Assembly (NCBI GenBank): GCA_964451435.1
Contig: CAYVHW010000001.1
Location: 740-64,739, forward strand
Reading direction: 5' to 3'
Length of the DNA stretch: 64,000 nucleotides
Source of the DNA: an uncultured Nitrososphaeria archaeon
Lineage (GTDB): Archaea; Thermoproteota; Nitrososphaeria_A; Caldarchaeales; Wolframiiraptoraceae
This document shows positions 8,562 to 18,150 of the stretch, one piece after another. Under the pieces are notes generated by a model. It worked only from the letters and a program-made list of their open reading frames with translations. It ran no database searches and was not told where the DNA came from. Made by a program: the position numbers and the translations under genes. Within the stretch, counting starts at the first letter, position 1; every line of letters begins with the position of its first letter.

Positions 8562-11098
8562 GGCGCGTATTAACGCTCATAATCATAGTGCTTTTAATGG
8601 CGACCATAGCGCCGATGATGGCTGAGGAGAAATACGTTCCTCCCCACGATCAGCCCGGACCCGCTGTCGATAGGCTCATCTTTAAGAAGGTCGACCAGGA
8701 TCTAGCGCCGAAGCTCATTGAGAGGGGAGATATAGACATCTATCTCTATAACTTGAAGATCTCGACGGCGTATGAGTATCTTAAGAGTAGGAAGGTTAGG
8801 ATCTATGAAGCCCCATCATCCATGATATCGATCTTGATGAATCCCGCGCCTGCTCCTAAGGGATCCCTAAACCCATTATCGATTAAGAGGATTAGGTGGG
8901 CGATCCAATTCTTGATCGATAGGGATTCCATCGCTAATTCGATCTATCGAGGCTTCGCCCTCCCAATGTACTCCCATGTATCCCCACTCGACTACGATTA
9001 CTTGGTCGTTGCCGGGGCGTTGAAGGAGCTGGGGATAACCTATGATCCAGACTATGCCAAGGAGACCATCTTTGAAGAGATGAGGAAGGCTGGGGCGGAG
9101 CTGGTTAATGGTAAGTGGATCTATGAGGGGAAGCCTGTTGAGCTAAAGTTCATCATAAGGATCGAGGACGAGAGGAGGGAGATAGGTAACATGCTCGCCG
9201 AAGAGCTCGAAAAGCTGGGATTCACGGTCAAGAGACTATACAAGGACTTCGCCCAAGCCCTCTCAATAGTCTATAGAACCGATCCAGCCGCATTTGAATG
9301 GCATCTATATACAGAGGGCTGGGGGAGGGGGGCTGTCGAGAGATATGACTATGCGACGATAAACCAGATGTGTGCCCCTTGGCTCGGATATATGCCAGGA
9401 TGGCTCGAATACGGGTTCTGGCAATACAGGAACAAGCGATTGGATGAGCTTGGGAAGAGGCTCTTCAAGGGAGAGTATAAGGACTTAGCCGAAAGGAACG
9501 AATTCTATGTCGAGGCGACGAAGCTCTGCCTACAAGAATCGATTAGAGCTTGGGTGGTGATAGTAATGAACGCCCTACCCGCCAGAGCCGATCTAAAAGG
9601 GGTCTCAACCGACGCGGTCTCAGGTCTAAGATCACTCTGGACACTCAGGTCGGCTTACGTAGAGGGCGGAGAACTCAAGGTAGGCCATCTTTGGGTGAGG
9701 CCATACATGGGATCGGCTTGGAACCCTATCGCGGGCTTCACCGATGTTTATAGTGTGGATATTTGGAGACAGCTCCACGACCCACCGATCTGGAGAGATC
9801 CCTCGACCGGGATCCCGATGCCATTCAGGGCCAACTACACGGTTGAGACCGCTGGGCCTGAAAGATGGATCGATGTGCCGGAAGACGCCTTCATCTGGGA
9901 CTCTAAGAGTAATTCATGGGTTAGGGTTGGTGAGGGAGTTAAGGCTAGGAGCAAGGTCGTCATAGACTATAGCCTATACTTCAAGTCTAGGTGGCATCAC
10001 GGGATAGGGATGGATTGGAGCGATGTCCTATACTCAATATACCAGACATTCGACATGGCATATAATCCAGAGAAGTCTAAGATCGAGGTGGCTCTAGCGG
10101 CCACAAGCAAGCCGATACTCGAGACATTCAAGGGATTCAGAATCCTAGACGAGTATAGGTTGGAGGTTTACGTCGATTACTGGCATCCAATTAAGGACTA
10201 CATAGCCGAGTATGCTCAGCCATGGGGGGCGAGCATGCCATGGGAGATATTATATGCGATGGATATACTGGTCTTCGAGGAGAAGAAGGCGGCTTATAGC
10301 GATACCGCCGCCGCTAGGATGCAGGTCGATTGGCTGAACTTGATAGAGCCTAAACAAGCCAGAAGGCTTGTAGGTATCCTTAGAAGGTTGATCGAGGCTG
10401 GAGAATATCCTAGAAACATCTTTGAGATCCCAGCATCTAAGGAATGCTTTGAGAGCGTCGATGATGCTTTAAAGAGATACTCAGCCTCGATTAAGTGGTT
10501 TAAAGGTCATGGCCACTTGGTGATAAGCAACGGCCCATTCTATCTAGAGAAGATAGGGACTGTGGCAGAGCAATACGCTGAGCTTAGAGCTTTCAGGGAT
10601 CCAAGCTATCCATTCAAGCCCTCAGCCCTCTATGTCGGCCGGCCCAAGAGGATAGAGCTCGATGTCCCCAGAATAGTGAACGCTATTAAGGGGGAGCCTC
10701 TAAAATTGGATGTTCACGTGGAGGGGCCTGGAAAGCTCGGCCTAAAGCTCATTCTACTCGACCCATATTCTGGGAAGATAGTCTATGAGGCGCATGCAGA
10801 GAAGGGCTTGATCGAGATACCCGCCGAGGTCTTCAAAGACTTAAGGGAGGGGATCTATAAGCTATCCATAATAGCTTACAGCGACTCCATCTCAATAGTC
10901 TCCGAGAGGGTCGTCGAGATAAGCTTGAGTGAGAAGCCTCCTGTAAAGCCTACGATAACCCGGACAATCACCACGACCAAGACCGAGGAGCTTAAGCCGC
11001 CCGAGAGACCGTCGATAATCACCCCAACCCTAATCATGGTAATCGTGGTAGTGATCATAGCCGTCTCGATCATCGCCTTAAAGTTCAAGAAGAAGTAA
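8558..11098 (+). CDS. ABC transporter substrate-binding protein, family 5 (oligopeptide/dipeptide-type), C-terminal Thr-rich linker + TM anchor
   Basis: 846 aa with a signal peptide and an SBP_bac_5-like body. The C-terminus (TITRTITTTKTEELKPPERP followed by a hydrophobic helix and KKK) is the archaeal membrane-anchor style. Confidence 0.8.
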   Translation: MRRVLTLIIIVLLMATIAPMMAEEKYVPPHDQPGPAVDRLIFKKVDQDLAPKLIERGDIDIYLYNLKISTAYEYLKSRKVRIYEAPSSMISILMNPAPAPKGSLNPLSIKRIRWAIQFLIDRDSIANSIYRGFALPMYSHVSPLDYDYLVVAGALKELGITYDPDYAKETIFEEMRKAGAELVNGKWIYEGKPVELKFIIRIEDERREIGNMLAEELEKLGFTVKRLYKDFAQALSIVYRTDPAAFEWHLYTEGWGRGAVERYDYATINQMCAPWLGYMPGWLEYGFWQYRNKRLDELGKRLFKGEYKDLAERNEFYVEATKLCLQESIRAWVVIVMNALPARADLKGVSTDAVSGLRSLWTLRSAYVEGGELKVGHLWVRPYMGSAWNPIAGFTDVYSVDIWRQLHDPPIWRDPSTGIPMPFRANYTVETAGPERWIDVPEDAFIWDSKSNSWVRVGEGVKARSKVVIDYSLYFKSRWHHGIGMDWSDVLYSIYQTFDMAYNPEKSKIEVALAATSKPILETFKGFRILDEYRLEVYVDYWHPIKDYIAEYAQPWGASMPWEILYAMDILVFEEKKAAYSDTAAARMQVDWLNLIEPKQARRLVGILRRLIEAGEYPRNIFEIPASKECFESVDDALKRYSASIKWFKGHGHLVISNGPFYLEKIGTVAEQYAELRAFRDPSYPFKPSALYVGRPKRIELDVPRIVNAIKGEPLKLDVHVEGPGKLGLKLILLDPYSGKIVYEAHAEKGLIEIPAEVFKDLREGIYKLSIIAYSDSISIVSERVVEISLSEKPPVKPTITRTITTTKTEELKPPERPSIITPTLIMVIVVVIIAVSIIALKFKKK

Positions 11099-11118
11099 AC
11101 GGTTATATCCAACCGTTT
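11097..11118 (+). terminator. perfect 8-bp inverted repeat hairpin (AAACGGTT-ATATCC-AACCGTTT) followed by TTTTA directly after the SBP stop codon
   Basis: Read directly from the sequence. It overlaps the TAA stop at 11096-11098 and is followed by a T-tract. Archaeal termination is oligo-T dependent, so it could instead be an mRNA stabiliser or processing hairpin. Confidence 0.4.
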
Positions 11119-11127
11119 TAAGACTTC

Positions 11128-11877
11128 ATGCGAGAAGCCTTGAGATATCTCAGGGAAATTACATACGTTGTTTTGGTTGTCGCGGCCATAACTTGCTTCA
11201 TCCTCGGATATCATCTCGGTCAAGCATATATGGCTCAAGAAGTAGAGGCACGTCGGGTGAAGATCGATCATCTGAAGAAGGAGATCCTAGGTTTAGAGGA
11301 TAGGGTTAAGGAGCTCGAGGATGAGCTTATGGAGCTTAAGTCAAAGAATTCAGAGCTGTTGAAGGTAAGAGAGACCCTTAAGTCAAGGATTAATGAGCTG
11401 ACCTCAAAGCTGGAGAAGGTGACTGAGGAGCTTAAGGAGGCTAAGAGGGTGGCTGAAGAGGAGAAGGCTCACGGCGCAGAGCTCGAAGCTAAGCTATCCA
11501 AGCTGTCGAGGGCGGTTGAGGTGCTTAAAGCTGACAAGGAGCTTCTAGTGGCCTTAAAGGCTGAAGTCCCTGAAACTAGGGAGGACGCTGAGAGATTTTG
11601 GAATGACACGAGGGAGTTGATCGAGAGAATAGATCCGAATATGGCCCCGATGATAGACAAGATACTCTACTATCTTGATAGTTACTTTGACTGGATTGAG
11701 GCGGCTCCCCCGGAGAACGCGACGAGAGAAGAGGTCTGCGAATGGCTCCTAAACTATACGACGAACTTTGAGGCTCAGCAGTATGGAAGAGCTATACAGG
11801 ATTTCAGAAGCGCGGCATACAACCTAATAATCTCCCATCTAAATGAGGTCTTGATAGCCTTGGAGGAGGTAAGATGA
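11128..11877 (+). CDS. membrane-anchored coiled-coil protein (hypothetical)
   Basis: An N-terminal TM helix is followed by a long heptad-repeat region (LEDRVKELEDELMELKSKNSELLKVRETLKSRINELTSKLEKVTEELKEAKR...). No recognisable catalytic motif. Confidence 0.4.
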   Translation: MREALRYLREITYVVLVVAAITCFILGYHLGQAYMAQEVEARRVKIDHLKKEILGLEDRVKELEDELMELKSKNSELLKVRETLKSRINELTSKLEKVTEELKEAKRVAEEEKAHGAELEAKLSKLSRAVEVLKADKELLVALKAEVPETREDAERFWNDTRELIERIDPNMAPMIDKILYYLDSYFDWIEAAPPENATREEVCEWLLNYTTNFEAQQYGRAIQDFRSAAYNLIISHLNEVLIALEEVR

Positions 11878-12515
11878 GGAGAGCATACATATTCCTACTG
11901 ATAATGATCCTTCTAGCATCGATCCATTCAATCCATGCTGAGGCTCCGGAGCCCGGAACGGGTTTCGCGACAGCCCCCCTCCTTAAGGATGGAGTTTACG
12001 ATTATCATTTAGCGGTTGGTGAGGTCCACTTCTTTAAGGTTTGGCTTGAGACCGGCCAATCACTCCATGTAATGATGAGAGTCCCGGTAGGCCAAGACTT
12101 TGACCTCTATCTCCTAAGCCCTGAGAGAGATCTGCTAGAGCGGAGCACTAGGCCGAGAGGTGAGGTCGAGACGGTATCCTGCCAAGCATCGTATCCAGGA
12201 TTCTATTACGTCCTCATCTCCAGCTATGGTGAGTCGAGCGGCCTCTACACCTTGAGGATAAGGATAATCGATCAGCCGACTAAGACCATTACGGTGACAT
12301 GGACCGAGACCGTCTATCTTACCGAGACTGTTAGTTCGCCGATCCTAAAGCTTGAAACCGTGACGAGGACTATCCATGTGACCAGAACCGAGGTGGAGAC
12401 GATATATGTTGAGAGGTTTCCATGGATCTTCATCAGCACGGTGACCTTAGGCGTCTTGATAATGTCTGGATTGATCGTGATGGCGATCATCATCAAGCGG
12501 GAGAAGGGCGGCTAA
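11874..12515 (+). CDS. secreted PPC (pre-peptidase C-terminal)-like domain protein with Thr-rich linker and C-terminal TM anchor
   Basis: Signal peptide, then a PPC-like pattern (...YDYHLAVGEVHFFKVWLETGQSLHV...GQDFDLYLLSPE...GFYYVLISSYGESSGLYTLRI). It ends with TKTITVTWTETVYLTETV plus a TM helix. Its start overlaps the upstream gene. Confidence 0.5.
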   Translation: MRRAYIFLLIMILLASIHSIHAEAPEPGTGFATAPLLKDGVYDYHLAVGEVHFFKVWLETGQSLHVMMRVPVGQDFDLYLLSPERDLLERSTRPRGEVETVSCQASYPGFYYVLISSYGESSGLYTLRIRIIDQPTKTITVTWTETVYLTETVSSPILKLETVTRTIHVTRTEVETIYVERFPWIFISTVTLGVLIMSGLIVMAIIIKREKGG

Positions 12516-12578
12516 ACCTCTCAGGGATCTATGAGCCCAGCTCAGATCTTTAAACACATATCTTAACCCGAACCCCTC

Positions 12579-13580
12579 TTAAAGAATCGATCCATTATCC
12601 CCGGCTAATAGGTGGCAGGCCACCGAGTGCCCCTTCTTCACCTCTAAAAGTACGGGTTCAACCCTCTTGCAGATGGCCTTGGCATAAGGGCATCTTGGAT
12701 GAAACCTACAGCCTGTTGGAGGGTTTATCGGACTCGGAGGCTCGCCTCTTAGGGTCTTCCTATCTCTAAACCTATTCCTCGGGTCAGGTTCTGGAACCGC
12801 CTCGATCAAGGCTTGAGTGTATGGGTGGAGTGGGTTGTCTAGGAGTTCCCTCGGATCAGCTCTCTCAACTATCTTGCCCAGATACATGACCGCTACCTCA
12901 TCGCTGAAGTGCTTGGCAGTCGCTATATCATGGGTTATGTACATGAAGGTTATTCGATATTTTTCCTGTAAGCTTCTCAGGAGATAGAGGATCTCAGCTC
13001 TGCTGGAAGCGTCTATCATCGAGACAGGCTCATCCGCAACTACGTAATCGGGTCTGAGTATCAAGGCCCTAGCTATCGAGACCCTCTGCCTCTGGCCTCC
13101 GCTGAGCATATGAGGATACTTGAGGAGAAATTCGTCGACCGGCGTCAGCCTAACATCCTCCAAAGCCTTTGAAACCCTCTCAAGCCTATCCCTCTCGTCC
13201 ATCTTTTCATGGAGGATTAGAGGCTCCTCAACTATCTGCTTAACGGTCATGAATGGATCTATGCTGGAGTATGGGTCTTGGAAGATCATGGCCGTCCTCC
13301 TCCTAAACCATCTCAAATCAATCTCCGGAGAATCCGTGATATCTACTCCATCGAAGATTATTCTACCTGACGTGGGCTTGAGAAGCCTCAAGGATAGTCT
13401 CCCCAACGTCGTCTTACCGCATCCAGACTCTCCAACCAATGCCAAGGTCCTACCCCGCTCAATGCTCAGATCCACTCCATCCACGGCCTTAGCATAAAGC
13501 CTCTTGAAGATCCCAGCCCTAACCTCAAAATACATCTTAACATCCTCTAGCCTAGCAAGCTCCCCCAACTCGATCACCAT
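12579..13580 (-). CDS. oligopeptide/dipeptide ABC transporter ATP-binding protein (DppF/OppF-like)
   Basis: Walker A (GESGCGKTT), signature LSGGQRQR and a C-terminal oligopeptide-type extension. The internal ATG at 13580 is preferred over 13610. Confidence 0.85.
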   Translation of the reverse strand: MVIELGELARLEDVKMYFEVRAGIFKRLYAKAVDGVDLSIERGRTLALVGESGCGKTTLGRLSLRLLKPTSGRIIFDGVDITDSPEIDLRWFRRRTAMIFQDPYSSIDPFMTVKQIVEEPLILHEKMDERDRLERVSKALEDVRLTPVDEFLLKYPHMLSGGQRQRVSIARALILRPDYVVADEPVSMIDASSRAEILYLLRSLQEKYRITFMYITHDIATAKHFSDEVAVMYLGKIVERADPRELLDNPLHPYTQALIEAVPEPDPRNRFRDRKTLRGEPPSPINPPTGCRFHPRCPYAKAICKRVEPVLLEVKKGHSVACHLLAGDNGSIL

Positions 13581-14526
13581 AGATCCAGCACTTAATGAAG
13601 CGGCCATCATCTAGTCTAAGATCCGGAGGATCTTCAGCGAAGCATCGCGCCTTAGCATGGAGACATCTTGGATGAAACCTGCAGCCGGCTGGAGGGCTTA
13701 CTAGATCTGGCGGAGCTCCTGGGATGAACTCGGGAGGCTTGTCGGATCTAAGCCTTGGTATCGATGCCAATAGTTTCTGAGTATATGGATGTTTTGGATC
13801 TAGTAGGATCTGCTCAGCCGTTCCGAGCTCAATTATCTGACCAGCATACATAACCGCTATCCTATCGCAGAGGTCGCTCGCCAAGGCTATATCATGGGTT
13901 ATGAAGATCATGGATAGACCAAGCTCCCTCTTCAACCTCTTCAATAGGTTCATTATCTGGGCTTGAACGCTGACATCTAGAGCTGAGGTCGGCTCATCAA
14001 GTATCACGAGCTTCGGGTTCATGACCAAAGCGGTTGCGATGACCACCCTTTGCTTCATCCCCCCACTAAGCTCATGGGGATACCTGTCGAATACGTCTTC
14101 TGGGAGACCTACGAGTCTCAGCTTATCGACTGCTACCTTGTATGCCTCATCCCTACTCATCCCAGCATTGATCATTAAGGGCTCGGCCACCTGAAACCCA
14201 ACCTTCAGAACCGGGTTTAGGGTGTTCATCGCTCCTTGAAAGACCATCGAGATGAGCTTCCACCTAACCCTCCTCCTAACCTCATCCTCATCCAGCTCAA
14301 CGACATTCAACCCATCTATGACCACCTCACCCTCATATCTCCCAGTATTCGCTGGCAACGCCTTGATGATCGCGATAGCCATGCTCGTCTTACCGCATCC
14401 AGACTCTCCGACGACCCCTAACGCCTCCCCATACTCGACATCGAATGAGATGCCGTCGACCGCCTTAACCAGCCCTCGCTCAACCCTATAGTAGAGCCTT
14501 AGATCTCGAACCGATAGGAGCGGCAT
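13552..14526 (-). CDS. oligopeptide/dipeptide ABC transporter ATP-binding protein (DppD/OppD-like)
   Basis: GESGCGKTS, LSGGMKQR, and C-terminal Cys motifs (CRFHPRC) typical of OppD. Confidence 0.85.
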   Translation of the reverse strand: MPLLSVRDLRLYYRVERGLVKAVDGISFDVEYGEALGVVGESGCGKTSMAIAIIKALPANTGRYEGEVVIDGLNVVELDEDEVRRRVRWKLISMVFQGAMNTLNPVLKVGFQVAEPLMINAGMSRDEAYKVAVDKLRLVGLPEDVFDRYPHELSGGMKQRVVIATALVMNPKLVILDEPTSALDVSVQAQIMNLLKRLKRELGLSMIFITHDIALASDLCDRIAVMYAGQIIELGTAEQILLDPKHPYTQKLLASIPRLRSDKPPEFIPGAPPDLVSPPAGCRFHPRCLHAKARCFAEDPPDLRLDDGRFIKCWIYGDRVGGAC

Positions 14527-14554
14527 CCTAAGGGCTTGGAGCTTGACCCGATAT

Positions 14555-16000
14555 TTATCGCATTCTCCTAAGCCTTGGATTCACGACGGGTTCAAGCCCC
14601 AAGGCTATCAAGACGAAGGTTATCGCGGCGAAGACTATGAGGAGTCCTGGAGGTAAGGTCCACCACCAATATCCTAGGTAGACGGCCCCGCTCCTGAAGC
14701 CATATTCGAGTATCTGGCCCCAAGTCGGTATGGTTGGGTCTCCTAGACCTAGAAAGCTTAGAGATGCTTCTGCCAGGATCGCTGAGGGTGTGAAGAAGAT
14801 CATCTGGGCGAAGATGAATGGGGCTATCTGGGGGAAGATGTGCCTCAGCATGATCCACCATCTAGGAGCGCCTATCGAGACCGCTGCCTCGATGAATTGA
14901 CTCGACTTAATCTGAAGTATCATGGGTCTAACGATTATCGCCAGCCCCGGCCAGCTAAATGCTATCAAGATCGCGAAAATTATGACTAGCCTCGGCATCA
15001 CGGCTCCCAGAATGAAGGTGAAGAAGATGAGGATTGGGAGGAGGGGTATGTTCAGGAGTATATCACATATCCTTTGAATGCATGTATCAACCCTTCCTCC
15101 AAGATATCCGCTTATGATCCCGATGATCGCCCCTATCGCCGTGGTTATCGTCGAGGTTACAACTCCTATCAAGAGGGCTATGGGAAACCCGAATAAGAGG
15201 CCTACCGCGAGATCTCTTCCAAGAGTATCTGTTCCAAGAGCGCCATAGGTTCTGCCGCCGAGGACGAGTCTCACCAAGCCTATCGAGTCTCTCGGATCAT
15301 AGGTCAATGCCTTGATTATGAAGCGATACCTTCCTTTCAAGACATCGAACCTCGGCTTCCTCTGATCGATTAGCTCCCCGAATAAGATCCTCTCGATGCC
15401 TATTTTAGCTATATTCTCCCTCTCAAGCTCGACTCCATAGACTCTCTTAATCATCCTAGCTAAAGCCGAGATTACAGCTGGATCTCCTGAGAGGCTCAGC
15501 CTCTTAGGGGCTTCGACGTATCTCCTGTAGGGTGGTGATTCTCCAGCTCTAGGGCTTGAGACGGAGATCGACGTGAGATCGACGGAAACCGCATCAGGTC
15601 TCTCCAAGGTCACTAGGATTAGAGGAGGCTTCCTTGAGTGATAGACCACATCTCTAATCGATATCGAGATCATGGATGGGGTCTGATCATAATCGTATCT
15701 GAGATCGATGATGTATGTCAAGATCCTCGCGGCCCCCGCCTCCACGACCCTAGACGGCTCCCTCAGCTCCCAAACCATGTGGGGAGGGGGATTCTTGTCC
15801 GTGAATAGCCTACTCCAATCGGGTGGGACGGCCTTAGGGTTATCCGCCCAATAGGATGGATTGTTCCAAACCCTTAAGCCGAAGTCCCATGGATAGGTGA
15901 GCGCCACGTAGATCGAGATGGAGATCATGAAGGCTAAGAAGCATATGCCGATCCTCGAGTTCCAGCTCCTCCAAAACTCCCTCCAAGACTTCTCATACAT
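14555..16000 (-). CDS. oligopeptide/dipeptide ABC permease (DppC/OppC-like) with long extracytoplasmic N-domain
   Basis: 481 aa with an N-terminal TM helix, a large loop, then a BPD_transp_1 core. Confidence 0.8.
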   Translation of the reverse strand: MYEKSWREFWRSWNSRIGICFLAFMISISIYVALTYPWDFGLRVWNNPSYWADNPKAVPPDWSRLFTDKNPPPHMVWELREPSRVVEAGAARILTYIIDLRYDYDQTPSMISISIRDVVYHSRKPPLILVTLERPDAVSVDLTSISVSSPRAGESPPYRRYVEAPKRLSLSGDPAVISALARMIKRVYGVELERENIAKIGIERILFGELIDQRKPRFDVLKGRYRFIIKALTYDPRDSIGLVRLVLGGRTYGALGTDTLGRDLAVGLLFGFPIALLIGVVTSTITTAIGAIIGIISGYLGGRVDTCIQRICDILLNIPLLPILIFFTFILGAVMPRLVIIFAILIAFSWPGLAIIVRPMILQIKSSQFIEAAVSIGAPRWWIMLRHIFPQIAPFIFAQMIFFTPSAILAEASLSFLGLGDPTIPTWGQILEYGFRSGAVYLGYWWWTLPPGLLIVFAAITFVLIALGLEPVVNPRLRRMR

Positions 16001-16152
16001 CAGCCGAGCCTCCTCCTAGGGTAAGGGGTCCAGCCCTCATCCATAAAGCTTAACATCGAGGCTGGTTGTTAAGTCTTGGAGAAGACTTTAGGCTTAAACC
16101 CTTCACATGTTTCACCTCTTTAAGTCACAGATCATTATGATATGATAGGAGA

Positions 16153-17202
16153 TTAAATCCTGATCCTTGGGTCTAAGGCTATGTAGAGGATTTCGAGGAT
16201 GAATCTAGCCACCACGTAGATCAGGGTGTAGATATAGGTCAGTGCGGCGATTAACCCCTCCTCCATGGAGGTTATAGCCTGATAGTATAGGCTTCCCATC
16301 CCGGGCCATCCAAAGACCGTCTCGATCATTATGGATCCCCCGAGGGATCCGGCGAGCCCTAAGATTAGGTTCGTTATTATCGGCGGAGCAGCTACTCTGA
16401 GAATGTATCTCCTCCTAACGATCCTCTCCGGAAGACCCCTCATCCTAGCAGCGGCGACGAAGTCCTCCTGAGCGGTCGTCAAGACTATGGTCCTCGTCCC
16501 ATAGATCCATCCACCGACCGAGACTAGGACTAGGGTTAGGATCGGTAGGACAGAGTGCCAGAGAAGGTCTAGAAGCATTTGAATGGGATCTTCAGGCGGA
16601 GGGGTGCTATACATTCCGCCTAGTGGGAAGATCCTTAGATAGAAGCCGAAGACTAGGATGAACATTATCCCGGTCCACCATGATGGTAGAGCGTAGGAGA
16701 TCGCTGAGAGATATGATGTAATTCTATCAAGCCACGTCCCAGGCTTTGAAGCCACCTTCACCCCCATCCAGATCCCTAGAATCGCTGAGATGGCCACGGC
16801 CGTCGTTATGAGGAGGATCGTGTTCGGAAGCCTCTCGAGAATTATCTCAGAGATCAGCTGGCTTCCAGTGAATCCCTTGATAACCCTAGTTCTCCCAAGA
16901 TCGAAGAAGGCTATCCTAAGCATCATTTGAGGCATCCTAACATACCATGGCTTATCCAATCCATATGCCCTATAGATCTCCTCTCGCTGAGCCTCAATAG
17001 CCTCCCTCAAAGCCTCAGGATCCTTGATCTTCATCGCTAAGGATCTTCTAACCTCTTGGAGGGTCTGCTCAGCCATCGATGTCAAGATCCTATCTGATAT
17101 GCCTGTCAGCCCTAGAACTATGGTCAATAGGGCTAGTACGGCCACCACGACTAAGGCCAAGGATAGGAACCTGAGCAGGATCGTCCTTAATGCCCTCCTC
17201 AA
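16153..17202 (-). CDS. oligopeptide/dipeptide ABC permease (DppB/OppB-like)
   Basis: 349 aa with a 6-TM BPD_transp_1 pattern. First permease of the minus-strand operon. Confidence 0.8.
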   Translation of the reverse strand: MRRALRTILLRFLSLALVVVAVLALLTIVLGLTGISDRILTSMAEQTLQEVRRSLAMKIKDPEALREAIEAQREEIYRAYGLDKPWYVRMPQMMLRIAFFDLGRTRVIKGFTGSQLISEIILERLPNTILLITTAVAISAILGIWMGVKVASKPGTWLDRITSYLSAISYALPSWWTGIMFILVFGFYLRIFPLGGMYSTPPPEDPIQMLLDLLWHSVLPILTLVLVSVGGWIYGTRTIVLTTAQEDFVAAARMRGLPERIVRRRYILRVAAPPIITNLILGLAGSLGGSIMIETVFGWPGMGSLYYQAITSMEEGLIAALTYIYTLIYVVARFILEILYIALDPRIRI

Positions 17203-17219
17203 TCATTAACCCCCCTCCA

Positions 17220-18092
17220 TCACTCCTCGACAACCTCATTCCTGATGAGCCCTATCCTCTCGATCCAAACCTCTATTATATCTCCAGCTTTCAGAAATTT
17301 TGGCTCGGGTTTCATCGCGTATCCGACTCCGGCTGGGGTTCCGGTCGCGATTATATCGCCTGGCTCTAGGGTCATGTTCATGCTGAGCTGGGAGACTATC
17401 GAGGATACTCCATGAATCATCTTTGAGGTGCTTGACTTCTGCCTAACCTCCTTATTCACCCTCGTCACGATCTTCAAGTCATTTGGATCCCCAACCTCGT
17501 CCGCCGAGACCAGATATGGCCCCATGGGGGCGAAGCTATCGAAGCCCTTACCCCTCGTCCACTGCCCGTCTCCGAATTGAATATCCCTCGCCGATACATC
17601 GTTTAAGACTATGTATCCGAAGACGTAGCTCAATGCCTCATCCTCACCAATGTTCTTACATCTCCTACCGATGACGACTGCTAACTCGCCCTCATAATCG
17701 AGTTGCTGAACTATTTTCGGCTTAACTATCGGGTCAAATGGCCCGGTCACGGCCGTGTTGGGCTTAAGGGTTATCGGGAGGCCGCTAGGAGGTTCGACTC
17801 CAAGCTCATCGGCTAGATCCACATAATTCAATCCAAGGCAGATTATCTTTCCGGGATTGGGTATTGGCGGATCTAGATGAACTGAGTAAATGGAGATTCT
17901 CTCCACATTAACCCCAGCTATGGCGGCATCTATAAACCCTTTAAGCTCATCATCGGGCAACAAGATCTTGACATCCCTCGGTATGCTCAGCCCTATCACC
18001 CCCTCGACGAACGATCTTGGGACAAACTCCGTCTTTGAGACCATGAATCCATAATCCCTCTCATCATCGACGCTATAGCTGACTATCCTCAT
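17220..18092 (-). CDS. fumarylacetoacetate hydrolase (FAH) family protein (2-keto-4-pentenoate hydratase/HpaG-like)
   Basis: 290 aa with a FAH-fold metal-site pattern (...DYEGELAVVIG...GTPAGVG...). It lies immediately upstream of, and co-directional with, the ABC operon (17-nt gap). Confidence 0.75.
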   Translation of the reverse strand: MRIVSYSVDDERDYGFMVSKTEFVPRSFVEGVIGLSIPRDVKILLPDDELKGFIDAAIAGVNVERISIYSVHLDPPIPNPGKIICLGLNYVDLADELGVEPPSGLPITLKPNTAVTGPFDPIVKPKIVQQLDYEGELAVVIGRRCKNIGEDEALSYVFGYIVLNDVSARDIQFGDGQWTRGKGFDSFAPMGPYLVSADEVGDPNDLKIVTRVNKEVRQKSSTSKMIHGVSSIVSQLSMNMTLEPGDIIATGTPAGVGYAMKPEPKFLKAGDIIEVWIERIGLIRNEVVEE

Positions 18093-18150
18093 CTAAGAGA
18101 TCTCCACGAAACCGGATATATAAGTTCAATATTCGTGAAAGGGGATCAGC

